Assembly (NCBI GenBank): GCA_049724395.1
Contig: JAUGWO010000082.1
Coordinates: 124,001-188,000, forward strand
Direction: 5' to 3'
DNA length: 64,000 bases
DNA from: Spongospora subterranea f. sp. subterranea
Lineage: Eukaryota
Part shown: positions 41,844-54,689 of the stretch, piece by piece
How the letters are laid out: the number at the start of each line of letters is the position of its first letter
How positions within the stretch are numbered: the first letter of the stretch is position 1
The notes under the pieces: generated by a model
Databases searched by the model: none
The model's input: the letters and a program-made list of their open reading frames with translations, nothing else
What the model was told of the DNA's origin: nothing
Made by a program: the position numbers and the translations under genes

Positions 41844-44800
41844 TTATTGTGATGGCGGGTCATTCACAGGTGAGACATTGACTGCGATAGGAGGCAATGA
41901 AGCCATCAACTGGTCAATATCATAGTCGGAAGCGGTGACACATGTTGATAATCGGTACGAATTTCCAGCTGTCATCCAATCAATCAAGGAGGAGTTACCG
42001 GAATTCGGCGACAACGGCGAACCAGCCATATCTAGCTGAACCGCAGTTTGTCCTGCAGCGTCAATGTAGTTTCTCAATATAATCTCACAATCAGTCAAAA
42101 CCTCATGTACCTAATGGGTTAGCAGTTGCTGGCACATATCTTGAGACCTCGTCAATTTTCGCGTATAGTTGGTCCAATATCTGGTCATTGACGAAGCCGC
42201 GTTTCAAACCAAACAACTTCACGTGGCCTAACAATCCTGTCGCCCGGAGTCGTTCCTGTAGTTGCGGACGTGGCAATGGCCAATAGCAGATCGAGAACGA
42301 GTTGAATGGATTGAATTCCATCGAATGCTTTTGGATGACTTGAACATCTTGGTTCCATATCCACAGATCGTGCCAGAATATGAACCAAATTGCAGCCACC
42401 GGATGCGAATCGAAATAAGCCAACCTTAAGATGGGGTGCGTTTGAAAACCGGTAACATTCTCGTACTTCAATCTTACTTTTGATAGAGCATTGTCAAGTC
42501 CATGGCATATTTATCCGGCAGCTGCCTCAGCAACGGGTTGTTCTCGCTTTCCCGAAGAACAGAACATAGAGTATATTGGCTTATCCTATCGTTGTTGTAT
42601 ACAAAAAACTGGACAAAAAAATTCAATTAGTCAGAGATTCGTTGTCGCAGGTAAATAGTCACCCAAAAGGAATATGACATGACGTTCTGTTTGATGTCAA
42701 ACTCTCCAATTCTCGTCCGGCAATATCGATCCATCTTTTGATTGACTGCAGCCAATGCAGCCTCACGTGTGGGTTGCTGGGGCATCCAATTATTGTGCAA
42801 GAACCGAACAAAATCGATGCAGGTTTGGTCATTCACGTCAACTCGATAATCAGGTGTTATGCCCTAAATAAAAATTTCGTTTTCAGAAATCTACCGCGCT
42901 CCAAACCTCGACGACTCACAAACCATTTTATTCCCTGATATTGAATGAGCCTCATTTGTCCAGTGTTTTCCTTCATGATCTGTTCCCGATCCATCATTAT
43001 AATGGATAGCTGGTCGAAATCCTCGCGACACATTGACGACCTGTCCAGTGCTAGGATCCGTCCAATCTGAATCATTGTCCTGTCCGACCCGAAATTCCCC
43101 TATTTTCCAATGGGTCGAAAATATATTCAACGGTAGTTTTTGACGTTTTCAGCGATATACCGTTCCGAAATGTGAATAGAACGTGAACTGTGTACGTCTC
43201 TTGTTTCGTTCCCTCTGATGTTTTGACGGTTCTGGTTTTTGTCTTTTCTTTTACGCATTGATAGAAATGATAAACACTACAGCCGTCCATAGCACGTAAC
43301 ATTCTTCGAATCTGAATTGAGGCCCTTATTAGTTCTCAATGACCCGCTATGGCAATTGGAGCAACCTGTCTTCTTCTTCGCACCTCAGGAGACATGTTCT
43401 GGGCGACAAATTGGGCTAACTGAGTTCGAGACTCGAATTCGTTGCGCTTGACGCCAGTGACAATAGGGGAAAGGCTGAATATTGTCTCTTCCTTGGTGTC
43501 ATCGAACCTTATTACAACACATAACGGGAACGGCACGCAAAAAGCCTTGCCAAAATGCGTTTGCGATGACCCAGGTTTGGTCTCGCGTTCGCATTCACAA
43601 GTCGCTTTGGAATGCTTTTCATTTGACTCTACAGCCCCATCCCAAAAAACGTCCAAACCGCAAACGCTGTGAACCAACAGCGCGACGTCGCGAAATAGAC
43701 CAGAGCTCAAATCCTGGCGCATATTAACTGCGGCTAGTATTGCTGAGCGATAAGATTGCACAGACTCGAACGCGCAAATTGTTTTGTTTTCGGCGTGTCT
43801 TTCTGCAACGGTGCCAGCGAACGGTATAAGGTATGGCGGGGAAGAACCGTATTTGTAATCCAGCTGAATCGGCTCGTATTTGCCTTTGACATCTTTCTTA
43901 GACGGCAACCGATATTCTGCGTCTCTATGCAACAAAATTGATTATGAAGAAACATTATCAAACCAAAACCCGCATACTGAGCAAATAATACGTCCCAAAA
44001 TTCATGCCATATCCGAAGCTTACGAGCCTTTTCTAGCGATAGCTTCTTGCTGAAGACGAGAACTTCTTCACCATTTTGTGTGAAAGATCTTTCCAAGCAA
44101 ATGTCATTGTATAGCGATGGCAACAATGTTCAAATGCACAAACGCCTGTTCACGAAAGTTCTTGAAAGCGCTGCGAAATTTAGGTATGCCGGAAATGATC
44201 ATCACCGCAGCAGCTAACGATGAGATTCCAGCTAAGATATTGGCAAATGCACCGAATATTTTGGAACCGGCGTCGGTCTGGCTAGATAGTAAACCAATGA
44301 GCGAGATGATGAGAATAGTTAGCCGGCTAACTCCATCCAAAACGTCGTCGGTCCTGGTGTGAAATCAGCAATAAGCTCAACCGTCTTGGATCGAATTGAT
44401 TACGAGTTAAGGAACGGTCTAGTCGACCAACACCATATAGCTACGATGCAGTAAGTATCAATCGTGTCTCAATATTAGGGTTGGCGCACCGTATACACTT
44501 AGAACGGCGATCGTTGCTAAAGCCTGGGAAAGGAGAAGGCCGGAGACCCCGCTTGGAGCCCAGATTGCTTCCGACTCTATTTGATGCAACCATGATGGCC
44601 ATTGGCAGCACGATCAAAAGTTTCATGACCATGACAACCACTTTATGGTACGCCCATCTCCTCTCGTAAGGCTCATAAAGACCTTTGAATGGACTAAGGT
44701 TCGACTTTAAATCATCGCGGCTAAACGTCTGTCAGCAAAATTGTTGTGCTGGATGAATTGGTTACCGTACTAATTGGCGTCGGTATAACCCCCTTCTCGC

Positions 44801-45693
44801 AATAGGCCCTCCTTATCATACAAGGACGGTTGCGGTTTATTTCTTTTCGATGATGTGGTAAAAGACAATTGGCGTTGGGATTATGAAAAATATGATACAC
44901 AGAACCGAGAGAAAGATTTCAAAAGCATGCAGACCAGTATAGCACTCCGAGAACCCATTAACGAATCTCAAATCGCAAGTAATAATCTGTTTAAGCAAGT
45001 AAATGCAAACTCAGAGTAGCGAAGCAATGTCTGAACCTGCATTACGTCTCGAGATACAGGCAGGAATAGAGTCGTCAGTATGGTGGTCAATATTACAATT
45101 TGCTTTTTATCCCCTTGTTGTAATTCAGCAAACCAAAAGCAAAAGATTTACAAAATCTCCAACCTTCCTTCACCATGTTCCACGATTTTGTCTCAAGACC
45201 GGCCGATAGATTAGGTTGGATGCGATTCTTCAATCGATAGAATTTTACAAACACAAATATTGCGACCAAAGTTTGCACGATAAAAATCGTGTTGGCAACT
45301 TTGGCAGCATTGGTCGAAAACCAGCATGAAAAACATGTCGAGAATACACCTGAGAAACTGGCCCAGAATGATTTAAAACTGGCAGGAAACTTCATCCCTA
45401 GCGTTGTACTGTATGGAAATCACGAATATATTTCAAGGGTTATCTAACCTGTTGTAAAGAGCGATACCTGAAAATGAGCTTAGAGGGTCTTTTCTACACA
45501 GACAATTTCAACCTCTGACCATCTGCTGAAAGTCTCTCATTATCTCAAACTTCACGATATCGAACAGAACCAACGCAGTCGTAGCAGTCCCTGCCAATGC
45601 CGGATACAGGTCGCGGCAAGCGGGGACAACCGCATCGCTGACCTTGCCGAATTCGACTTTGGCGATGCTGGCCGCGCTCAGCGCTTGTTCCAT
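41844..45693 (-). CDS. Large uncharacterised multi-pass membrane protein (spliced; may be more than one gene)
   Basis: Chain of minus-strand ORFs separated by intron-sized gaps; several hydrophobic helices in the N-terminal half; C-terminal WFIFWHDLW..FNP..SICYWP segment. Confidence 0.55.
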
Positions 45694-46100
45694 GATTGCG
45701 AAACGCTATTGGGGCTGACACTGACTTGTAGCACTGCTACACCAGGAGCTGAACTGCCCAATATTACCCCTCAGTCAATGTGGACTGCAGTAATAGAAAC
45801 GAAGCCATGACTGGACCTGAACTGAACTGTGACACTCAGTGTCAGAGTCGGGTTATACCTAGCGGTAGAATGACAGACTAGTGACAGTCATGTTCAATTC
45901 ATCTGTTAACGTCAAAACATTTGATGTTCACTCCTGCCACGTGTTCCGTGAGCTGGAATTTTGACGACGTCGAAAGAACCTAATAAAGACCTAGAGGAGG
46001 TTTGTTCTGTTAATCACAGGCTGTTAGATCCTTCGAAGCGCTTATGATCTTTGCAATGTAACATGAAATTGTTTTCGAACTTTTCTTTACAGACCAAATT

Positions 46101-46232
46101 AAACGCCAAGCTTGAATGCGGCTTCCGCGACCGTTCCGTATATACTGTGCACAGAGCTTAAAAGAGACAGCGCGCGCCGTTGGTAGATCAATGACGGAGC
46201 GGTCGCGGAAGCCGCATTCAAGCTTTGCGTTT
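46101..46232. repeat. 39-bp inverted repeat with 54-bp spacer (hairpin or MITE-like)
   Basis: AAACGCCAAGCTTGAATGCGGCTTCCGCGACCGTTCCGT at 46101-46139 is the reverse complement of 46194-46232 with 2 differences. Confidence 0.9.
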
Positions 46233-46379
46233 GCTTTAAAGGCCTGAGCGTATGCGGAAAGATGGCGAAAGTGTGAGGTACTGTAATACTCCAGATTACT
46301 CGCGGATACATTTTGGGTTGCGGAGCGACTGGAACAAACTCCGAGTCCTCTACCTCAGGCCTCAGCGCCGACATGTGTC

Positions 46380-47064
46380 CATCGCGTGCTGACATGCGCA
46401 CTCCTTAATCTTTACGCAGAGCTACAGTTTAGCTTAAACTGTTTAGCGAGACTTGGCATAGTTGATTCTGTTGGCAAGTTCTGCCGGTTCATCAGATCAA
46501 TACAGGCAGGCAACATCGGCGAGCTGCTCAACGAGTCCTCAAGTATCTTGCTTCCAACGTCAGACCACGGTATTAGTTTTGCAACTTCGAAATTCAAACG
46601 ACAAGCTCCTTGGTTTCTGCGATGCAGACTGGGCTGGAAATTCCGATAACCGTCGATCTACAACAAGTTGTCTGTTCACGCTTCACGAAGGGCCGATCTC
46701 TTGATCGAAACTGCAGGCTTCAACGTCACTTTTATTAGTTGAAGCCGTATATATATTTTTCTGTGCATCGGCAAGGGAAGCTAAATGGACACGACAACTG
46801 TTGTTTGAGCTAGGATTTCCCCAGATCCAGCAACTACAATCTTCAAAGACAACAAGGGTTGTACAAAATCAGTGGCAACGATCGCACTGACACCAGATCA
46901 AAACACATTGATGTGAAGTATCACTTTGTTGGTCAGGTGATAAAATCAAACCAGATTCAAGTTGAATATCTTCCAACCAAAGAGATGATCGCCGATAAAC
47001 CCACTTCAACGATAGCATTTCAAAAGTGTCGTACAGCAATCGTCTTTCCCGGGTTTGAGGGGGC
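46380..47064 (+). mobile_element. Degenerate Ty1/Copia remnant (RT C-terminus, RNase H, PPT)
   Basis: AAQRVLKYL, LLGFCDADWAGNSDNRRSTT, EGPIS*SK, AREAKWTRQLL, RSKHIDVKYHFV; PPT GGTTTGAGGGGGC identical to 16602-16614. Confidence 0.9.
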
Positions 47065-47598
47065 CTCAAACCAAGTGACAAGCTCTTGCGCAACCCAGAC
47101 AGTCGGCAAATATAGGCTGGATTGTTTGAGGTTGATTGCTATGCAAGAATGGGAAGCTCTGGCAAGGCATGGAATTCTTGAGTACTGCGGCGATTTGAAT
47201 GATGGTGATCTGTAGGTGCTGCTACACCAACGTTCTGTCGCGAAAAAATCTCCAAATTGAAACTACTTCAAAAAGCAATACGAACTCCAACTCCAAAAAT
47301 GCTACTGGTTGAGTTACAAGCAGGTGGGCTGTCCGCTAAACTCAAATTCTACAAACGCTTGATAGCCCATACAAGCAAGAGCAGACGCAAAATCCGTCAT
47401 GGTCTGCTTGCCGTGGTGATTATTAGCGCAGCCGCAGTAACGAATGGTTGAGGAATGACGAGTTACAGAAGCGTGCCGCCACTTGCTGCCAGCAATGTAC
47501 ACTTGTTCTTAGCCCGAATCCGACAGTCGGAGTTCGCACTCCGCAAATCGCGTTCCCCACAATCGTTTCATCGCTGAACTTCTCATTCTCTAAAAATC

Positions 47599-48164
47599 AT
47601 GGGCGGCAATGATGAGCGTACCTACATCATGATCAAACCCGATGGTGTCCAGCGCGGACTTGTTGGACAAATCATCCAGAGATTTGAGTCTCGCGGATAC
47701 TTTCTTGCTGCTATGAAGTTGGTCAAGCCCACCAAGCAGTTCGCTGAAAGGCACTACTCCGATCTCTCATCCAAACCATTTTTCGGCTCCCTGACTGACT
47801 TTTTGTCGTCCGGACCCGTTGTTGCTGTACAACCTTGTCTTCAGATTATATATTATTTTTCTTATGTTTTTTTATACAGATGGTATGGCAAGGAAAGGAT
47901 GCCGTCAAGACTGGACGCAACATCATCGGTGCCACGAACCCATTGGCTTCTGCTCCTGGTACTATTCGTGGAGAATTCTGTATCGATGTCGGTCGCAATG
48001 TTATCCATGGCAGTGACTCAGTTGAATCGGTATTTGGTTGTTATGGTATTAGTAGCACATTTTTTATCAATTTTTGACAGGCCCAGAAGGAGATTGCTCT
48101 CTGGTTCGCTGACGACGAAGTCGTTGACTGGACACCCACCGTTCTTGCTCATATTTACGAGTAA
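47599..48164 (+). CDS. NDK1: Nucleoside diphosphate kinase (group I)
   Basis: [42 protein letters not shown]; two introns. Confidence 0.97.
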
Positions 48165-48287
48165 TTTTTCCAATTATCTGCTCAATAAACTTCTAGTGCT
48201 GTAAATTTGCCTATATTTCCGGTACCTATTATCGATCGATACAATTTTTCAATGTGGGGGAATTCATGATTCGGTTTGTTCCTAGCC

Positions 48288-49082
48288 ATGGACCAGAGTC
48301 ATTCCTTCATTAGCCCTTTGCGTCGTATAAATGCAGCTATAGATGCGGGTAGGGGGCATTTTTCAATGTATAATGTCATAAAATCCCCTGCAAATAGGGG
48401 TTCTTTTCAAGATATCGAACGGGTTCTCAATGAAATGAGAACCTTTTCGTCTAGTATGGTCCTGGAAAGGTCCCATCTTATCAGTCAAAGTAATCAGAAC
48501 CAAACCAAGGTCTCTGATGTTCAGGCAGCTCTCAGTATGGAGATGGAGGCGCGATTACAAGCCCAAAGAGCATTGTCGGTTGCTGAGAATCAACATCGAT
48601 GTCAAACCATGAACATGAAGCAGGAGTTAGAGAAATATAAGAGAGTAGCTTTGAAGGCAGAGGGCACTGAAACTCAAGCGAGGGATAATTTAGCTAGACT
48701 GCAAATTAAGCTGCAAACTGCAGAAATAGAAGTGCGAGAACATGCCAGACAACTACAAATCAAGACGAGGGAGGCGTACGAATCGAAGAAAAACGCATTG
48801 AAATGTGTTAGACTACTGAGGATGACGAACCATGAATTAGTTCAATTAAGGATGAAGCACGAGCAAGAATCAAATAGGGCAAGCAACGAACGCAGCACGC
48901 ACTCAAAAGAGATGTTGAAGGCGTGCCAGAGAGAGGGCATGCTGACGGAATCGATCGTCCGATTGGAGGATCAGCTGCAAGAAGCGAAAGAAGTCGACAG
49001 AAGGCAGCGAGACATGATCAGAGAACTTGAGTCGAAACTGCCTCCATCTAGATATATAACAGGTAGACAAGGCCAGGTGTGA
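48288..49082 (+). CDS. Uncharacterised coiled-coil protein
   Basis: Long ORF rich in E/K/R/Q/L with heptad-like pattern. Confidence 0.6.
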   Translation: MDQSHSFISPLRRINAAIDAGRGHFSMYNVIKSPANRGSFQDIERVLNEMRTFSSSMVLERSHLISQSNQNQTKVSDVQAALSMEMEARLQAQRALSVAENQHRCQTMNMKQELEKYKRVALKAEGTETQARDNLARLQIKLQTAEIEVREHARQLQIKTREAYESKKNALKCVRLLRMTNHELVQLRMKHEQESNRASNERSTHSKEMLKACQREGMLTESIVRLEDQLQEAKEVDRRQRDMIRELESKLPPSRYITGRQGQV

Positions 49083-49803
49083 ACGAAAGTAATCAACATA
49101 GTAATCAATAAATAAAAATTTCTTATAGTCAAAAAATCGTCCTATGCAAAAGCAATCGAAAATTTGAAAATACTAGAAAAAACAAAAAAACAAGCATCGG
49201 GAACCGAAACTTTTAATTTTTTATTGACGTAAGATGGCTGAGTTCAAGGCACTAATGCCATTTCTTTCATCGTCTATTTCGGTGATGATTACCGATTCCA
49301 AATTTCGGTTCAACAGACAGAAAGACTAATGCAAACGTATATGTCGTGCCCTGGAACCCAGTCTGACATTCCATCCCGACGTCAACGTACTACGTTTGTC
49401 GAACCAGTTATCGAAAATGCGTCAACTATCAACACGGTCCCATGCAAATGGTGAGATATGCATTGGATCCATGGGCGATCTGGGAGAAGTATTATGGAAT
49501 AGGGCGTTGCAATTACAAAAAAAAAACACGATGGTGTTTAGGTCCGATGACTCAGGTTCGATGCTGATCATTAATCTGTTTCGTGCACAAAACACTGATT
49601 GCCTGTGCCGCCGCCAGAAAACCAACCTGAGGCAGCGAAGATGCGGTAGTGATTTTGGGAGTCATGTTGTGGCGAGTACGATGGGCGCAGGTGGGGCCTG
49701 ACGGCGTTAGGTATCTGACGCGCGGAGTATATAGTGCTTTCACATAGGTGTAAAGGCTGCGCTTAGGCTGCGCCTTCTTGACTCTATATATTCTGCTACT
49801 GCA

Positions 49804-51861
49804 ATGACAACGCTGGCTGAATCGTTTCTCAATGATCTCGACGAGTCGACCGATGAGGAAGAAGAACAGGTCAGGGCTTTGTCCAACCAGCAGCAAGGAA
49901 CTGCGGATGTTGACGAGGAGGAGGAAGACCTCGACATTGAAGATGTAGATAAGATGCTGGATGCCCCAGGCCATGACCCCTTGTCGCAGGTCACAACGCT
50001 GTATAAATCGCCACGATTAAAAGTTGGGTTTTGTACTGTCAATGCAGATGATAATGACATTAACGTAATTGCCGCTCAGAACCTGCTCGAACTACTGACC
50101 CAGTCAATGGAAGCTGGACTCTCCGAATCGTTAGGGGACGGTCGCGAGTTCAGCACAATGGTCACCTGTAATCAAATGGCTGTTGAGATTGAAGATGAAA
50201 TTGCAGCTGTTTGTGCTATGCTGTAAAAGTCAACTTTTTGTTTCTCATTTTTTTTCTTACTCAGGTTTTCAAATACGTACGCGATTTATATTCGTTGTTC
50301 TTCCCTGAATTAGAGCGCCTAGTGCCTCTGCCATTAGATTATGCCAAAGTTGTCAAACATATTCAGAATAAGAGAGTATGATAGAAGTTTGACTCCGGTT
50401 CGTCAGAAATTTACTGTGGAGTGATGTAGGACATCCAGTCCATAGACCTTACCGGTATTCTTCCTCCTGAAAATGTCATGAGTATCGCAATGACGGCTAG
50501 TACGGCGACTTCGCATGGCGAACTTCCAGCACATGTTTTAGAGCAATGCCTGTCAGGATGTGATGCCATCATTAGTCTCCACGAAGATAAAAATCAGGTA
50601 AATATCGCAATTTCAGGATGTCGGTTTTTAATGATTCCAATGCAGATTTTGATGTTTGTTGAGTCTCGGATGGGTGTGTATGCCCCAAATACGACTGCAA
50701 TTATCGGTTCTGGTCTGGCGTCACGTCTCATCGGGCTTGCCGGAGGACTCTCCAACCTTTCTCAAATTCCTGCATGTGACATCATGGTCGGAAAAGCTAT
50801 TGACTATGAAACTCCTATATATATTGTCGCGTGTACAGGTGTTGGGTCACAATCGACGTGTCGATCTGTCAGGATTTTCTAAAGTCACAACGGGTGCGTC
50901 AATTCGCGTTAATTGTCAATTATTGCTAACTCTATCCAGGATTGCATGAGGGAATTTTGAAGCAGTGTGATTTGGTTTCAAAAATACCATCACATCTCAG
51001 AAAGAAAGCTCTCAAATTGGTCGCAGCGAAGGTTCGCGACGTATAGAGTTTTAAGTGTAATTGGCCCACAATGTTCGCATAGGTTGCTTTGGCGGCCCGT
51101 ATTGATTGCCATTGCACTGATCCCAAAATGAGCGATATCCGGGGGAAAGAGTACCGTGAAGATATCAGCAAGCAGCTGCACAGGTATCAATCTTGTCTGG
51201 ATATGTAGACTTTTACAGACTGCGACATAGGCTAATGGAACCAGATAAGAAAAAACAGTTCAAAGCCTTGCCGGCTCCAGTTGAAAAACCGAGAAAGAAA
51301 CGAGGTAAACAACAACCACGCTGGTGCTTTCACAACTAATTTTTGTAGGAGGAAAACGGTTCAGGAAGATGAAAGAAAAGTATGAAACAACGGAGCTTTC
51401 AAAGCAAAAGAACAGAATGGTATATTTTTCCGATTTACCACATCACTGAAATAACGCGTACAATCAGGCATTTGGTACTGAGGAAGTGGAAACTTACGAT
51501 GGCATGCAACTGGGTATGATCAACGCGGCTGGTTCTGGACGTGTCAGATTGCAAGCGAAGGATACTCAGAAGCTTGGCAAAACCATTGCACTGAAAAACA
51601 AGTTCAAAAACAGGTTGCGACAGTGTTAAGTACCGTATGGCGTTGATAACAGTTTTGGTTAGATTCGGCAGTAGCAGCGGGACTGTATCAGGGTTCAGTT
51701 CGTCCTTGGCGTTTACTCCGGTTCAAGGCTTGGAACTTGTTAATCCTAATGCCGCCGCAGAGAAACTAGCGAAGCTTCGTGCCATCAATGAGAAGTATTT
51801 TAATTCTGCTGGTGGTTTCAGGCAGGTCGCATCGTCAGCATCGTCTACCAGAAATACATAA
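49804..51861 (+). CDS. PRPF31: U4/U6.U5 tri-snRNP protein Prp31
   Basis: TLAESFLNDL, FPELERLV, APNTTAIIG...AGGL, RKKALKLVAAK, RKKRGGKRFRKMKE, SSLAFTPVQGLELVNP. Confidence 0.96.
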
Positions 51862-52012
51862 ATATCAATGATTTAATAATCGGTTGCCTGTGTCTCCTTA
51901 ATCCGTTGGATCTTCTTAGAATTAGTGTACATGGCCGAATATGTCATCCCTATTTGGCTGAAGGTGCGGGCATCTGCGCAAACGGGACAACTTTTGTTTG
52001 GCCGTCGTGAAA

Positions 52013-53423
52013 ATGGGAATGGATGATTTTCAGTTTTGTCAGATACTACCTAAAGTCGAACTGCATGCGCACGTCAGCGGATGCATCCGTCCAGCCACAC
52101 TCAATGAATGGCTTCCTGCGCCAGAAAAAGGGCTGATCGCCACCCGCCCCTTCACCTTTGCTGTATTTGGTCTCATTCACTCCGCAATTGATTCACTTGA
52201 TAAAGTCGGTTGTCGGCAGTCGACGAAACAGCCCTATCTGAAACATTCTCTTCAACAGGTGCAACGGGTCGTACGAGAGGCGATCGAAGATTTCCACGCA
52301 GATGGCGTTATCTACCTGGAATTGCGTTCTACACCTCGATCGTTTCCACAAACATCAAATGTACCAGCTACGACCAAATACGATTACATCAGGTAACTTA
52401 GAAAATTGACTAAAAACGAATCTTGTGAACATTTCCTGAAACGCTTAGGCGCGTTCTGAGCACAGCGCGAACGTGTATGACTCGACGAGATCTTTCCGGA
52501 ATCACTGTCCGGTTCATTGTTAGCATTGATAGGTCGAAGCCAGCCAACGATGCTTTAGATACCCTAAAGGTGGCCCCCGTCCTCTCATGGCGCCACAGCT
52601 GGATCATTTGTTTCATCCTGTTTTTCTGATCAGGTACTGAATAGCATTGATGACGATTACATTGTTGGCATCGATCTCAGTGGCGATCCTCGTTGTCAAT
52701 CGTCTCCATTAGACGAGTTTCTTTACATGTTCGCCCAGCAAAAAAATCGCCACAAATTGACCATTCATTTCGGCGAACACTGGAACATTGATGAGCTTGA
52801 CAAGATACTGCGGATTGGTCCAGACCGTCTTGGACATGCATGCTGTATCGGCGACGACGTTTTAGACATTATACAGAGCAGGTTGATGTTGCCATTTGAT
52901 TTGAACTGTTTCGGTGAATTCTGATTTCAGATTGCAGGCATATTCCGGTCGAAGTATGCCTATCTTCGAATGTTGTCGTATTAGCCGATAGGGGTTGCTT
53001 CTGTTGTCATTCTGAATCAAATTCGTGCTCCAGTGACATATGCTCGAAATGCAATGTGAGAATCATTGTCATCTTCATGATATTGATATCTGAGACCTCC
53101 TTCAGGACTGGAGGGAACTTGGGGACCGAAAATCGCCCTGCCTTTGCGTTTATGGTGCACATCGGCTTGGTGCACTAATTAAGGATGGGGTTTCCCCCAT
53201 GTGCATTTGCACTGACGATCCTGGCGTGTTTGCGGTATCGTCTACTATTGAACATCTTCGTGCTCTTCGATCGTTTAGCCTTTCACGGAAACAGTTGCTA
53301 AATCTTGTTCATCGTTCTGTTCCCGCGATTTTCGACCAACAATCGGCACAAATTGTAGAATCACGTCTGGAGTGGTTCGAACAAGAATTTGCCGTTGATA
53401 TCAACAATGTGGTGAGCGTATAA
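52013..53423 (+). CDS. ADAL: Adenosine deaminase-like protein (N6-methyl-AMP deaminase type)
   Basis: LPKVELHAHVSG, YLELRSTPR, GIDLSGDP, TIHFGE, PDRLGH, VEVCLSSN, CTDDPGVF. Confidence 0.9.
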
Positions 53424-54689
53424 TTCACATTAACATATCAATCAATCGACTTCCGTACAAAGCTGACACCTGTGCATAAATATTGTTAATCCACGCAACC
53501 CAAGACATGTGTTTATTCCAAAACTTGTTTCCAGCATATCCTAAAAGGCAAACCCTAACTATCAGAAACGAGACTTTCACAATGTTTTGTCATGGTGATA
53601 AACCAGGGAGTTCAGATCAACTGTAGGTGCCACAGTGGCTAAATTATTGATGCATATTCGGGTACCTCGTAAAAAGTGATGCGTTCCAGTTGATATGTGA
53701 ATGAAATTGAGAGATTTCATCGTCAAGATTTGGGACAAAAATGTACAACAAATCACGATCTCAACATAAAATTGTCATTCTAGTCACTATTGAGTTGAGA
53801 AATTTGAATGTTTCAGCAATTGCGTCGCCTCTATCGGTTGGGAAAGTTGCTGTAATCAATTCTCTCGATGTGCTCTATGATGGTACAGTAGCTCATCTGC
53901 TTTTGATGTTATTGCGTTAGAAACGAGGGAATGGCAAATCAAGTCGACCGCGACCGATCGTTTATCCCGCCGATAGCGCTTGGCGCCTCCTCGAGCACAA
54001 CGGCCTCGGAATCTCCTTAACCGACGCGCGTGACTTGATTTGTCATTCCCCTTGAGAGTTACTACATCCCCATTGTGTTTGACGCTATATTATTATTGAG
54101 AGCAGACGAGCTACCGTCGTAAACCCTTAAGGAAATAACAGATCAAAATCGCGTCCCGACTGGGAGCAGCATGAATTGCGCCACGTCCCGTCACGCAAAC
54201 TCATGACGATGGCCAGAGGGACAGTCTGTTACACTTCAGCAACGCATTCCCGATCGGTCGCACAAGCGAAATAAAAAACACCGATGGCCGTCACCCAATA
54301 AAAAGCTATCCTACCAGCTAACCTGGTTGCATTGCACTCCAATTTCGAATCGCCACAGTGGTAGAGTGCGGTTCGCCCATCCGTCTCACACCAGGGGTCA
54401 TTTAGTGACAAACACGTACTAGGCTGTATACTGGGTGTGTCCAGCGATCACATATAATCCGTTCAACTGCTGTAACAAGTGGATTGAGGTGTCCCCCTCT
54501 ATCGGCGCAGATCCGATAACGGTGTGTTCACCGTTACACCGTACACTTATCTCTTTAAGTGGACAACATACACCCCGATGATTATACACACTCGGGTCAC
54601 GGAAGTATTCATTCATTTTTAGGTTACATCACTGTTATTTACAAAGAACTGGTCTGTGTTTAAGAGGGTTTGGTTCATTCATTGTATTA

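Noticed and set aside
49282..49366. Possible C/D snoRNA (GTGATGA...CTGA)
   Set aside because: No terminal stem and no guide I could match to rRNA; needs a snoRNA or Infernal scan.
54060..54090. ACACAATGGGG on the minus strand resembling RNase MRP CR-V
   Set aside because: No matching GAAAGTCCCC-type CR-I partner for helix P4.
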